From a bacterium (lineage in GTDB: Bacteria; Patescibacteriota; Saccharimonadia; CAILAD01; GCA-016700035), in the NCBI GenBank assembly GCA_016700035.1, contig CP064998.1:526790-590789 (forward strand): 64,000 bases of DNA, given 5' to 3'. The position numbers and the translations under genes are program-made. The notes beneath the pieces are model-generated. The model saw only the letters and a program-made list of their open reading frames with translations. It did no database searches and had not been told where the DNA came from. Positions 1 to 8,975 of this stretch are shown here, piece after piece. Numbering within the stretch: the stretch's first letter is position 1; the number at the start of each line of letters is the position of its first letter.

Positions 1-66
1 AGCTGCATATTTTTCAGCTAGCTTAGCCCGTTTTAGTTCCCGTTGTACGAGTGCTTTTCTGGCCAT
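1..66 (-). CDS. rpsN: 30S ribosomal protein S14, N-terminal fragment (gene continues beyond window start)
   Basis: Reverse complement of 1-66 translates to MARKALVQRELKRAKLAEKYAA, which is S14-like. The ATG overlaps the rplE stop (TAATG). This is the expected position after L5 in the spc cluster. Confidence 0.6.
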   Translation of the reverse strand, partial: MARKALVQRELKRAKLAEKYAA

Positions 67-617
67 TATTTTGTCTCCTTTCTTTCAAGTGGCATGCCCA
101 ACGCGCGGAGCAAGGCCTCTCCTTCTGCTTTATTCTGCGCGGTTGTTACTAATGTAACCTGAACACCGTGGGTTAACTGGGCGTCCTCATAGCTAATCTC
201 CGGAAACAGGGTCTGCTCGGCTAACCCAATTGAGTAATTCCCCTGAGGGTCAAATCCCTTAATCGATAGTCCATGGAAATCACGCAAGCGAGGTAGTACC
301 ACTGCTATTAGCCGATCTAGAAAATCATACATACGTTCACTACGCAGTGTAACTTTAGCACCGATTGACTGACCTTCGCGTAACTTAAATCCGGCAATTG
401 AGAGTCGAGCCTTAGTTATGATGGGCTTCTGACCAGTAATCTTAGTTATGGTAGCCACTGCGTTATCAAGATATTTTTGATCAACTACAGCCCGACCAAC
501 CCCTACCGATACGACAATTTTTACTAGCTTTGGTACACGGTGTGGATTCTTGGCATCCAACTGCTTAGCTAAAGAGGTAGTCATTTCAGACTGGTAACGT
601 TCTTGCAAGCGATTCAT
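66..617 (-). CDS. rplE: 50S ribosomal protein L5
   Basis: The 183-aa ORF has an L5-like N-terminus (MNRLQERYQSEM...). It sits between L24 and S14 in conserved spc order. Confidence 0.9.
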   Translation of the reverse strand: MNRLQERYQSEMTTSLAKQLDAKNPHRVPKLVKIVVSVGVGRAVVDQKYLDNAVATITKITGQKPIITKARLSIAGFKLREGQSIGAKVTLRSERMYDFLDRLIAVVLPRLRDFHGLSIKGFDPQGNYSIGLAEQTLFPEISYEDAQLTHGVQVTLVTTAQNKAEGEALLRALGMPLERKETK

Positions 618-988
618 TTCTGCTCCTCTTTCTTATCGGTCTTCTTCTGGTCTGCATCAGATTTTGTAGCTTTCTTCTTGTTGGAAAATTTTGATACCTT
701 AAAGACTCGCTCTTTAGAGCCATCAGCTCGCTTTTCAAAACTAACTCGAGCTGGCTTACCGGTTTTGGGATCCAGAACTTGTACTTTTGAAGCCTCAATC
801 GGCTTAGTGAGCTCCACAATTCCTCCACTTGGATTCTGGGTAGTTGGTTTTTGATGACGCTTAACGGTATTAATGCCGGCAATCACAACCTTATTTTCTC
901 GTGGCAAGACACCAATCACCTCACCGCTCTTACCCTTATCGCGCCCAGCAACTACCATCACCTTATCTTTTAATCGAATCTTAAACAT
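614..988 (-). CDS. rplX: 50S ribosomal protein L24 (KOW domain) with Lys-rich C-terminal tail
   Basis: The KOW motif [24 protein letters not shown] is present. There is a 4-nt start/stop overlap with its neighbours. At 124 aa it is longer than the usual ~104 aa. Confidence 0.9.
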   Translation of the reverse strand: MFKIRLKDKVMVVAGRDKGKSGEVIGVLPRENKVVIAGINTVKRHQKPTTQNPSGGIVELTKPIEASKVQVLDPKTGKPARVSFEKRADGSKERVFKVSKFSNKKKATKSDADQKKTDKKEEQK

Positions 989-1356
989 TAGAGTACCTCC
1001 GGAGCAAGTGAAACAATTTTCATATAACCACGGTCACGCAGTTCGCGTGCAATTGGGCCAAAAATACGAGTTCCACGAGGCTGACCTTGCTTGTCGATAA
1101 TCACTGCGGCATTCTCATCAAAGCGAATCGCACTTCCGTCAGGACGCTTGGTAATTTTAGTGGTACGAACTATAACTGCCTGCACAACTTCTTTTTTCTT
1201 AACCGCACCATTAGGTGTGGCTTGTTTAACAGAAGCTACAATCACATCGCCCACCATAGCATAACGACGGCGTGATCCACCCAGCACCTTGATACACATA
1301 ATCTTTTTAGCACCAGTGTTATCGGCTAATTTTAATAATGTCTGTGGCTGAATCAT
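988..1356 (-). CDS. rplN: 50S ribosomal protein L14
   Basis: [27 protein letters not shown] is a canonical L14 N-terminus. Synteny with neighbouring spc genes supports the call. Confidence 0.92.
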   Translation of the reverse strand: MIQPQTLLKLADNTGAKKIMCIKVLGGSRRRYAMVGDVIVASVKQATPNGAVKKKEVVQAVIVRTTKITKRPDGSAIRFDENAAVIIDKQGQPRGTRIFGPIARELRDRGYMKIVSLAPEVL

Positions 1357-1622
1357 TTAGCTGACCCCTTTTTACTGGCCTGAACATCATCACCAATGGT
1401 TTTAGTTACTACAAAACGCTTCATGCGACTCATCGGTCGGGTTTCTTCAATTTCCACCATAGTACCAACCGCCAACTGATTAGATTCATCGTGGGCATGA
1501 AAACGAGCTGTCGTCTTGTACTGCTTCTTATATAGTGGGTGAGTTTTTAGTGCCTCAACTGCCACAACTACAGTATTTTGCATTTTATTGGAAACTACTT
1601 TTCCGGTAAGTTTTCTAGCCAT
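1353..1622 (-). CDS. rpsQ: 30S ribosomal protein S17
   Basis: 89 aa. It lies between L14 and L29 in conserved order and has an S17-like sequence. Confidence 0.85.
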   Translation of the reverse strand: MARKLTGKVVSNKMQNTVVVAVEALKTHPLYKKQYKTTARFHAHDESNQLAVGTMVEIEETRPMSRMKRFVVTKTIGDDVQASKKGSAK

Positions 1623-1827
1623 TGCTCTTCTCCAGTTCTGCTAGTTCGCGCTCACTTAATATAGTTAAAGCCCGAGCTAGATCAGTTTTTAGGTTACGAA
1701 TTGATCGTACCTGCTTAACATCCTTAGTTTTAATTTCTACATACCCTTCAGCAATCTTCTGGCGTGTCGTACTAATAAACTTCGCTAATTCAGCATCAGA
1801 CTGCAAGCGGATTTCACGAATTTTCAT
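1615..1827 (-). CDS. rpmC: 50S ribosomal protein L29
   Basis: 70 aa helical protein in the position between L16 and S17. Confidence 0.8.
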   Translation of the reverse strand: MKIREIRLQSDAELAKFISTTRQKIAEGYVEIKTKDVKQVRSIRNLKTDLARALTILSERELAELEKSNG

Positions 1828-1829
1828 GA

Positions 1830-2249
1830 TTATTCTCCAGCCCCCTCTCGCACAACAAAGCGAGTTTTTACCGGTAATTTACGTCCAGCCAAGCGCATAG
1901 CCTCTTTAGCTACATCTTCAGCCACCCCATCAAGCTCAAATACTATCTTGCCGGCCTGAACTTTAGCGACATAGTGATCAACCGCACCCTTACCAGAACC
2001 CATGCGAACTTCATTTGGCTTCTTAGTAACTGGAGTGTGAGGAAAAACACGAATCCAAACCTTACCACCACGCTTAATGTAGCGTGTCATCGCACGACGA
2101 GCAGCTTCAATCTGACGTGAAGTGAGCCGTTCATTTTCAAGTGCCCGCAAACCATAACGACCAAATGAAATCTCTGTACCGCGAGTTGCCTCGCCACGAT
2201 TCTTACCCTTAAAGACCTTACGGAATTTAGTCTTACGTGGAAGTAGCAT
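1830..2249 (-). CDS. rplP: 50S ribosomal protein L16
   Basis: [15 protein letters not shown]...GRYGL is L16-like. 139 aa. Confidence 0.9.
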   Translation of the reverse strand: MLLPRKTKFRKVFKGKNRGEATRGTEISFGRYGLRALENERLTSRQIEAARRAMTRYIKRGGKVWIRVFPHTPVTKKPNEVRMGSGKGAVDHYVAKVQAGKIVFELDGVAEDVAKEAMRLAGRKLPVKTRFVVREGAGE

Positions 2250-2875
2250 TACTTATCCTCCCCCGTATAAATCCAAACCTTAACACCGATAATACCAAAA
2301 GTAGTATTCGCCTCAGCCGTTGCATAGCTAATATTAGCACGTATGGTATGTAGTGGAATTGAACCCAAGGCCACACTTTCAGTGCGAGCCATATCAGCTC
2401 CGTTCAAACGTCCACCGACCTGTACTTTAGCCCCTAATGCCCCAGCCTTCATCGAGTTTTCGGCAGCATTCTTTAAAATACGGCGGAACGGCATACGACG
2501 CTCCAAAGCGCTGGCAATGTTATTAGCAACTAACTGTGCTTCGAGATCGGGCTGACGAATTTCTTCAATATTGACACGCATTTTTCCAGATACTACCTTT
2601 GCCAGCTCCTTCTTCAATGCTTCGGCACCTGAGCCACCACGACCAATCACAACACCTGGCTTAGCTGTATAAATACTAACTATCACCTCACCTGTATTGC
2701 GCTCGATTTCAACTCGAGCTACAGCCGCCCGAAATCCAAGCATCTTAGCGATAATTTTGCGGATCTTCAGATCTTCCTTGAGAAGGGTGCGGTATTCACG
2801 ACCGGCATACCAGCGACTGCGCCATTTTCGATCAGCCTGCAATCGCATTGAAATTGGATTAATTTTTTGTCCCAT
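2249..2875 (-). CDS. rpsC: 30S ribosomal protein S3
   Basis: [13 protein letters not shown] is a KH-domain S3 N-terminus. 208 aa. Confidence 0.92.
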   Translation of the reverse strand: MGQKINPISMRLQADRKWRSRWYAGREYRTLLKEDLKIRKIIAKMLGFRAAVARVEIERNTGEVIVSIYTAKPGVVIGRGGSGAEALKKELAKVVSGKMRVNIEEIRQPDLEAQLVANNIASALERRMPFRRILKNAAENSMKAGALGAKVQVGGRLNGADMARTESVALGSIPLHTIRANISYATAEANTTFGIIGVKVWIYTGEDK

Positions 2876-2877
2876 GT

Positions 2878-3291
2878 CTAAGCTTCCTTCCCGCTTGCAG
2901 TTAACTGCTTCTGTTCGGTTTTCTTACTTTGCTTAACTGCCGATTTTTTTTCAACTCGTGCCTCATCAGTAACTACAATCGTCAAATGTGACATACGATG
3001 TAAAATTGGAGCCGCCATACCACGTGAACGTGGGCGAAAACGCTTGAGGGTGGGTCCTTCATCTACTTTGATTTCAGCAATCCGAAGCGTGCTCTTGCGG
3101 GCATTATGATTATTCTCAGCATTAGCTACGGCGCTCTTGAGTGCTTCAGCTACCATAACAGCTGCTTTTTTAGGTGTAGCTGACAGCACCTGCTCAGCTT
3201 GAGCAACTGGCATATCGCGCACCAAATCAGCTGCTAAACGCAACTTACGAGCTGAAATCTTGAGATATTTGATAGAAGCTTGAGTTTTCAT
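2878..3291 (-). CDS. rplV: 50S ribosomal protein L22
   Basis: 137 aa ORF in the position between S19 and S3. Basic and L22-like. Confidence 0.8.
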   Translation of the reverse strand: MKTQASIKYLKISARKLRLAADLVRDMPVAQAEQVLSATPKKAAVMVAEALKSAVANAENNHNARKSTLRIAEIKVDEGPTLKRFRPRSRGMAAPILHRMSHLTIVVTDEARVEKKSAVKQSKKTEQKQLTASGKEA

Positions 3292-3294
3292 AAT

Positions 3295-3570
3295 TTAACC
3301 TTGCTGTTTCGCTAACTTTCCGCCATGACCCCTAAACTTGCGCGTTGGAGAAAATTCACCTAGCTTATGACCAACCATATTTTCAGTAATAAATACCGGC
3401 ACGTGAGTCTTGCCGTTATGCACAGCAATTGTCTTTCCTACCATCTCTGGAGAGATTGAACTTGCCCGAGCCCAAGTCTTTATAACGGCTTTGTCATTAG
3501 GGCCAAGTGCTAGAACTTTCTTTAAGAGTTTGGCGTCAACATATGGGCCTTTTTTCAGTGAACGGCTCAT
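3295..3570 (-). CDS. rpsS: 30S ribosomal protein S19
   Basis: [12 protein letters not shown]...HNGK is a canonical S19 sequence. Confidence 0.92.
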   Translation of the reverse strand: MSRSLKKGPYVDAKLLKKVLALGPNDKAVIKTWARASSISPEMVGKTIAVHNGKTHVPVFITENMVGHKLGEFSPTRKFRGHGGKLAKQQG

Positions 3571-4398
3571 TTATTTTCCTTTCCTATGACGAATAATGTA
3601 CTTATCAGTTGCCTTGCGTCGGCGAGTTTTTGCACCCAAAGCTGGCTTACCCCATGGTGTAACTGGGCGCTTCAAGCCAATTGAAGTACCACCCTCACCA
3701 CCACCATGCCGGTGATCATTCGGGTTCATAGCCTTACCGCGCACAGTCGGGCGAATACCCATCCGGCGCTTGCGACCAGCTGAGCCAACCTTAATCAAGC
3801 TATGGCTTTCATTGCCAACCCCACCAATCGTGGCATAACATTCGGCTCGTACCATACGCATCTCACCAGATGGAAGTTTAATTGTAGCCATTTCGCCTTC
3901 TTTGGCGGCTAACTGGGCTTTAGTACCAGCTGAACGCACTAGCTGACCACCCTTACCAGGTGTAAGTTCAATATTATAGACCACACTACCAACTGGAATT
4001 TCAGCCAGTGGAAGTCGGTTATGCTCACGAATCTCACCTTCAGCGACAGCCGTAATCGTAGCTCCAACTTGCATACCAGATCCAGCCAAAATATAGGCCT
4101 TACGTCCTTTTTCGTCTCGAACTAAAGCGATATTTGCTGAGCGACCTGGGTCATACTCGATAGCCACAATAGTAGCGCTCTGCATGCCCGACTGACGGAA
4201 ATCTACAATACGAATTGCTCGCTTAGCCCCACCACCGCGATGACGCACCGTGATCTTACCTTGGTTATTTCGACCAGCTTTTTGCTTACGCTTAATGATC
4301 AGAGATTTTTCAGGCTTGGTCTTAGTCACCTCATCAAAACGATCGACGCTCATGCCTCGACGAGCTGAAGTATTACGTTTAAGTACTCGAATTGCCAT
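3571..4398 (-). CDS. rplB: 50S ribosomal protein L2
   Basis: 275 aa with L2 motifs (GRNNQGKITVRHRGGG..., HGGGEG). Confidence 0.92.
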   Translation of the reverse strand: MAIRVLKRNTSARRGMSVDRFDEVTKTKPEKSLIIKRKQKAGRNNQGKITVRHRGGGAKRAIRIVDFRQSGMQSATIVAIEYDPGRSANIALVRDEKGRKAYILAGSGMQVGATITAVAEGEIREHNRLPLAEIPVGSVVYNIELTPGKGGQLVRSAGTKAQLAAKEGEMATIKLPSGEMRMVRAECYATIGGVGNESHSLIKVGSAGRKRRMGIRPTVRGKAMNPNDHRHGGGEGGTSIGLKRPVTPWGKPALGAKTRRRKATDKYIIRHRKGK

Positions 4399-4745
4399 TA
4401 CTTATTCTCCGCTTTCTTGGCTTTAGCTATGGTTTTTTTAGCTTTCTTTTCGTCCTTAGCGGATTCTTCCTGACCAAGATCGAAGGCTGCAATTTTTTGA
4501 CCAGCTGCAACCTGGACATAGGCTTTCTTAATATCGACTCTGCGACCTTTAATTTGCTTAAAGCGCTTTTGCTTACCCTTGGCAATCGAAATACGTACAT
4601 CTGTAGCATCAACTTTAAACTGTTCTTTTACGGCACGGGCAACTTCAATCTTATTGGTGCTCATTGGAACTGTAAAAGTATACACGCCTCGTGCAGCCTG
4701 CATGAGAGTCTTCTCGGTAATCTTAGGCACAACTACCAGACTCAC
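4398..4745 (-). CDS. rplW: 50S ribosomal protein L23 (with Lys-rich C-terminal tail)
   Basis: 115 aa in the position between L4 and L2. The core is L23-like. Confidence 0.8.
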   Translation of the reverse strand: MSLVVVPKITEKTLMQAARGVYTFTVPMSTNKIEVARAVKEQFKVDATDVRISIAKGKQKRFKQIKGRRVDIKKAYVQVAAGQKIAAFDLGQEESAKDEKKAKKTIAKAKKAENK

Positions 4746-5371
4746 TTCTTACCTCCTAGCCAGGTATAAATAGCCTCTAAGCCGGCTTTATCGATTAAGA
4801 CATTATCAGCATTCATGATGTCAAAAACTGTCAACTGACTCACGAGTCGGTATTGTATATTTGTCAGGTTGGCAACTGAGCGAGCTGACTTTTCCTCAGC
4901 CTTAGCGACAACTACCAGAATACCACCCTTGAGCCCCAGCTTAGCAATCAAAGCCTGGGCATCGCGAGTCTTGCCACTAACAATATCAAAGGATTCAATT
5001 ACTGAAACTTGCTTAGCTTTAGCTGACAATGCATGAGCGATGCTAGCTCGAATAGCTTTTTTAGGCATCTCAACTGAGTAATTCTGCTCGCCAGTTGGTC
5101 CAAAAATAGTACCACCCCCACGCCAGAGTGGATTGCGAATCGAACCAGTTCGAGCTCTTCCTGTCCCCTTTTGACGCCAGGGTTTCTTTCCGCCACCACG
5201 CACTTCACCACGTGTTTTGGTCTTAGCGGTCGCCTGCCGAGCATTAGATAGACTGCGCAAATAAGCCTGCTTAAGAAGCTCTGGGGTTACTTCACGACCA
5301 AAAACAGCCTTATCCAAAGTAGTTTCAGCTGAAGCCTTAGACCCCGTTTTGGTGTAGCTAGCTACCTTCAT
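4742..5371 (-). CDS. rplD: 50S ribosomal protein L4
   Basis: 209 aa in the position between L3 and L23. KPWRQKGTGRAR is an L4 motif. Confidence 0.9.
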   Translation of the reverse strand: MKVASYTKTGSKASAETTLDKAVFGREVTPELLKQAYLRSLSNARQATAKTKTRGEVRGGGKKPWRQKGTGRARTGSIRNPLWRGGGTIFGPTGEQNYSVEMPKKAIRASIAHALSAKAKQVSVIESFDIVSGKTRDAQALIAKLGLKGGILVVVAKAEEKSARSVANLTNIQYRLVSQLTVFDIMNADNVLIDKAGLEAIYTWLGGKK

Positions 5372-6042
5372 GCCTGCATACCCCTAATTAATACCAACCC
5401 CTTATTGGGACCTGGCACAGCACCTTTAATGGCAATGAGATTCTTTTCAGCATCAACCAGGGCAACCTTCAAATTCTTAACTGTCACCTGCTCATGGCCC
5501 ATGTGGCCAGCCATTTTTATTCCGCGCATTACGTGCTGCGGATATCCGGCGCCAATTGAGCCTGGTGCACGATAATTACGCGAACCGTGGGTTTTTGGTC
5601 CACGATGGAAGTTATGCCGCTTAATTGTTCCGGCAAAGCCTTTACCTTTAGATACGCCAGTTACAATGACCTTTTCTCCAGCCTCAAAAACATCAGCCGA
5701 GATTGTATCGCCTACTTTTGATGATGCAACTTCATCGCCATCCACTGTACGAACCTCTACAAGATGCTTAGACTGCGCTCCACTAGCCTTAAGATGGCCA
5801 GCCTTAGACTTAGCGTGCCCTTTAACAATCTGCTTATCTTCGCCAAAGCCAATTTGAGTAGCTGTATAGCCATCATTCTCAACTGTCTTAAGCTGAATAA
5901 TAACACAAGGCCCAGCCTGCAATACGGTTACAGGCAATAAGCGACCTTCTGGATCGAAGATCTGGGTCATTCCAACTTTTTTGGCCAAGATGGCTTTCAT
6001 TTGAGAGCTAATTCTCTTTCTTCTTAAAACAAAGGCTGGCAA
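5368..6042 (-). CDS. rplC: 50S ribosomal protein L3 (true start probably the internal Met near 6000: MKAILAKKVGMTQIFD)
   Basis: The L3 signature GMTQIFD and the Gly-rich loop are present. It is the first gene of the S10-spc run on this strand. Confidence 0.88.
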   Translation of the reverse strand: MPAFVLRRKRISSQMKAILAKKVGMTQIFDPEGRLLPVTVLQAGPCVIIQLKTVENDGYTATQIGFGEDKQIVKGHAKSKAGHLKASGAQSKHLVEVRTVDGDEVASSKVGDTISADVFEAGEKVIVTGVSKGKGFAGTIKRHNFHRGPKTHGSRNYRAPGSIGAGYPQHVMRGIKMAGHMGHEQVTVKNLKVALVDAEKNLIAIKGAVPGPNKGLVLIRGMQA

Positions 6043-6174
6043 GTGGATCGGTTTCCAGTCATCTGGACCTAATCACTTCCCAGAAATATTTAGTCAACGA
6101 AAGACAGTTTATCAGATTTAGCCCAGATATGTCAAGAATTGCTACGAATAATAATAGCGACCATAGCAAAATAC

Positions 6175-6204
6175 TTGACAACAAAAACTAATAATTGTTA
6201 TATA
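6175..6204 (+). promoter_or_regulatory. sigma70-like promoter for ORF 6246-6656
   Basis: TTGACA, a 17/18-nt spacer, then TTATAT/TATATA. The AAGGAGAG SD and GTG are downstream. Confidence 0.45.
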
Positions 6205-6245
6205 TATAACACTCTTGTACCCTATAAGCACCAAGGAGAGCTACT

Positions 6246-6656
6246 GTGTCGGAAGAGATTCTACCCTTCGATTTTGGTTGGCGGATTAAGATCTATGTAG
6301 TCAACGCCATCCCAACTCAAACCCAGTTTTTTGTCCGCAAGCCGCATGATGACGGCTGTCGATCGAAAACCATCGATTTGCTAGCCAAAAATAGCCGACT
6401 GCGCAGTATCATTGAGGAATTGGTAGTGATTCGTAATGCTAGACTCGAAAGTGAAGCTGAGCTTCGAGCCTCGTCGGCACAAGAACTACGCAGTAATATT
6501 GAGTATGTACTCATACATCGCTTCATTAGCCTGATTGGACCAGATTATGACGCTCACTTTGATGAGGCTTTCCAGATCTTGATGGCCACACTCGACCCAC
6601 ACCTTGAGGCTGCCCAAAAGCTCGAGTTGAGCCGACAGTCCGCGCTGTTCAACTAG
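6246..6656 (+). CDS. hypothetical protein, 136 aa, GTG start
   Basis: It is supported by a -35 TTGACA (6175-6180), a -10-like TTATAT/TATATA after a 17/18-nt spacer, an AAGGAGAG SD 6 nt before the GTG, and an intrinsic terminator 6666-6697. It lies between rpsJ and rplC on the opposite strand. Confidence 0.6.
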   Translation: MSEEILPFDFGWRIKIYVVNAIPTQTQFFVRKPHDDGCRSKTIDLLAKNSRLRSIIEELVVIRNARLESEAELRASSAQELRSNIEYVLIHRFISLIGPDYDAHFDEAFQILMATLDPHLEAAQKLELSRQSALFN

Positions 6657-6665
6657 CCTACCCCA

Positions 6666-6697
6666 CCCTGGACTTAAAAAGTCTGGGGTTTTTATAA
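6666..6697 (+). terminator. intrinsic terminator for ORF 6246-6656
   Basis: CCCUGGACUU-aaa-AAGUCUGGGG forms a 10-bp stem with two G-U pairs, followed by UUUUUA. Confidence 0.55.
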
Positions 6698-6700
6698 ACT

Positions 6701-6728
6701 AAAATACCCCATGTGATTGGGGTATTTT
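6701..6728 (-). terminator. hairpin downstream of rpsJ (perfect 11-bp palindrome)
   Basis: AAAATACCCCA-tgtgat-TGGGGTATTTT. The A/T runs flank it on both strands. Confidence 0.55.
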
Positions 6729-6746
6729 AGTTTAAGATCTTTAAAT

Positions 6747-7064
6747 CTACATCTTGATTTCGATATCTACACCAGCTGGCAAAGATAGATTCATGAGTGA
6801 ATCAATCGTCTTCGGAGTTGGTTCAGTGATATCAATAAGCCGCTTATGTGTCCGCATCTCAAAAGCCTCGTGGCTATCTTTAAAGATATGAGGGCTACGA
6901 ATAACAGTCGTGGTGTGTCGATCAGTTGGCAATGGTACTGGTCCAGCTACCTGGGCGCCAGTACGAATTGCGGTATCGATAATTTGCTTAGTCGACTGAT
7001 CAATCACCTTATTGTCATAGGCCTTGAGTCGGATGCGGATGCGTTGGGCGGTTTTTTCTACCAT
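6747..7064 (-). CDS. rpsJ: 30S ribosomal protein S10
   Basis: [17 protein letters not shown] is a canonical S10 N-terminus. It starts 9 nt downstream of the tuf stop. Confidence 0.92.
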   Translation of the reverse strand: MVEKTAQRIRIRLKAYDNKVIDQSTKQIIDTAIRTGAQVAGPVPLPTDRHTTTVIRSPHIFKDSHEAFEMRTHKRLIDITEPTPKTIDSLMNLSLPAGVDIEIKM

Positions 7065-7073
7065 AGTTTTAGC

Positions 7074-8258
7074 TTACTTGGTAATCTTCGTTACAACACC
7101 AGCACCAACGGTACGTCCACCTTCACGAATTGCGAAGCGGAGACCTTCGTCCATGGCGATTGGAGCGAGGAGTTTAACTGAGCAGGTGATATTATCACCA
7201 GGCATGACCATCTTAGTGCCTTCTGGAAGCTTCACTTCACCAGTTACATCGGTGGTACGGAAGTAGAACTGTGGCTTGTAGCCGTCTACGAAAGGAGTGT
7301 GGCGTCCGCCTTCATCTTTGGTGAGAACATACACTTCAGCTTCAAACTCGGTATGTGGAGTGATCGAGCCTGGCTTAGCAATAACCTGACCGCGCTCAAT
7401 CTGAGTGCGCTCAATACCACGAAGCAAGAGACCAACATTATCACCAGCCTGACCTTCGTTAAGTAGCTTACGGAACATTTCAACGCCCGTAACAACAGTC
7501 TTCTGATTGTCGCGAATTCCAACAATCTCAACTTCTTCGTTAACATTTACCTTACCCTGCTCGATACGACCGGTAGCAACAGTACCACGACCCTTAATCG
7601 AGAATACGTCTTCGATAGGCATAAGAAATGGCTTGTCGAGATCGCGCTCTGGCTGTGGAAGGTACTCATCCATAGCCTTTACAAGCTCCATAATAGAATC
7701 TTCAGCAGCGGCATCGCCTTCCAAGGCCTTAAGAGCAGACCCCTTTACGATTGGGCAATCAGCATCAAACTCGTTCTTTTCTAAGAGTTCACGAATTTCT
7801 ACTTCAACTAGCTCGGCAAGCTCTGGGTCAGCCTGATCCATCTTGTTCATGTATACAAGAATCTTTGGCACACCAACCTGACGAGCCAAGAGAACATGCT
7901 CGCGAGTCTGAGGCATTGGACCGTCAGCTGCGGAAACCACCAAAATAGCACCATCCACCTGAGCGGCACCAGTAATCATGTTCTTCACGTAGTCGGCGTG
8001 ACCTGGCATATCAACGTGAGCATAGTGACGATTTTCCGATTCATACTCCTGGTGAGAAGTAGCAATGGTAATACCACGCTCGCGCTCTTCTGGAGCCTTA
8101 TCGATTTCATCATAGGCAACTGATTTGTTGACATCCGATGGTAGTTTTTTTGCTAGTACTGCGGTAATTGCCGCTGTCAGGGTAGTTTTACCATGGTCAA
8201 CGTGCCCCATAGTTCCTACGTTAATGTGTGGTTTGTCGCGCTTAAATTCTGCAGCCAC
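7074..8258 (-). CDS. tuf: elongation factor Tu (GTG start)
   Basis: The G-domain motifs GHVDHGKTT and DMPGHADY are present. 394 aa. An AAGGAG SD precedes the GTG. Confidence 0.95.
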   Translation of the reverse strand: MAAEFKRDKPHINVGTMGHVDHGKTTLTAAITAVLAKKLPSDVNKSVAYDEIDKAPEERERGITIATSHQEYESENRHYAHVDMPGHADYVKNMITGAAQVDGAILVVSAADGPMPQTREHVLLARQVGVPKILVYMNKMDQADPELAELVEVEIRELLEKNEFDADCPIVKGSALKALEGDAAAEDSIMELVKAMDEYLPQPERDLDKPFLMPIEDVFSIKGRGTVATGRIEQGKVNVNEEVEIVGIRDNQKTVVTGVEMFRKLLNEGQAGDNVGLLLRGIERTQIERGQVIAKPGSITPHTEFEAEVYVLTKDEGGRHTPFVDGYKPQFYFRTTDVTGEVKLPEGTKMVMPGDNITCSVKLLAPIAMDEGLRFAIREGGRTVGAGVVTKITK

Positions 8259-8370
8259 GAACTTCTCCTTGCTTACTTTTAATGATTATTAAACAGTTTG
8301 CAACGTCGGAACAAGAAAAATTGCCCGTTGTTGCAGGACTGATTCATTGTAAGGCTTTTACTGTCGTTTG

Positions 8371-8405
8371 TAAAGAGAAAGCACCCCGAGAATTACTCAA
8401 GGTGC
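8371..8405 (-). terminator. intrinsic terminator after membrane-protein gene 8415-8885
   Basis: On the minus strand, GCACC-15 nt loop-GGUGC is followed by UUUCUCUUU. Confidence 0.5.
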
Positions 8406-8414
8406 ATACACCGC

Positions 8415-8885
8415 CTACTCTTCATCGGTGGGGTCTTCAATAATTATCACCTCTTCAAGTAGTCCGTCTTCATTTAAGATCCAAGCATCAGAAATCTGGG
8501 CTTCGGCAAAATGTCGGACTTTTGTTCTAATGGTGTAAAAGACAACAAAACGTAGAGGCCAGGCAATAATTAGCCCAATCAGCCAAACGGTCAAAATAAT
8601 ATGATTCATGTTGAGCTGAGGTAAAACTGGACTAAGATAACCACCAACTAGCACCACACCTACCGCTATCACTGCTATAGGGAAGCTAATGTAGGCGTCA
8701 TAGGCATCACGCAATGCGCTATAATCTCCGTCGATAAAGCGCTGCCACTGCCAATGATCAATCTTTTGCCCCAGAGACATCCGAAAACGCGACTTAATTG
8801 CGGTAAACTCAGCATCAACCACATGTTGTGGCATCTGTGCGCCAGGATTCGGCTTGTCAGATGAGCTATCCTCTCGGTCGGACAT
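8415..8885 (-). CDS. hypothetical 2-TM membrane protein, 156 aa
   Basis: Two hydrophobic helices (IAVIAVGVVLVGGYL and IILTVWLIGLIIAWPL) and an acidic C-terminus. There is a GGGGGA SD. Terminators lie on both sides. Confidence 0.5.
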   Translation of the reverse strand: MSDREDSSSDKPNPGAQMPQHVVDAEFTAIKSRFRMSLGQKIDHWQWQRFIDGDYSALRDAYDAYISFPIAVIAVGVVLVGGYLSPVLPQLNMNHIILTVWLIGLIIAWPLRFVVFYTIRTKVRHFAEAQISDAWILNEDGLLEEVIIIEDPTDEE

Positions 8886-8929
8886 AATATCCCCCTTCTA
8901 AAAGGTACGAGATGAGACGAATATACGCT

Positions 8930-8960
8930 AAAAAGCACCCCGAGTTCAAGGGTGCTTTTT
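8930..8960 (-). terminator. intrinsic (bidirectional) terminator after fusA
   Basis: AAAAAGCACCC-cgagttcaa-GGGTGCTTTTT. A perfect 11-bp stem with runs on both sides. Confidence 0.7.
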
Positions 8961-8975
8961 AAGGCTTGGTGGCTA

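Noticed and set aside
7286-8123. Several 60-110-aa ORFs antisense or out-of-frame within tuf, and similar ones inside rpoB, rpoC, fusA, dnaE and clpC
   Set aside because: They are embedded in highly conserved genes. They have low-complexity Ser/Arg-rich translations typical of antisense frames of GC-moderate coding DNA, and no start signals.
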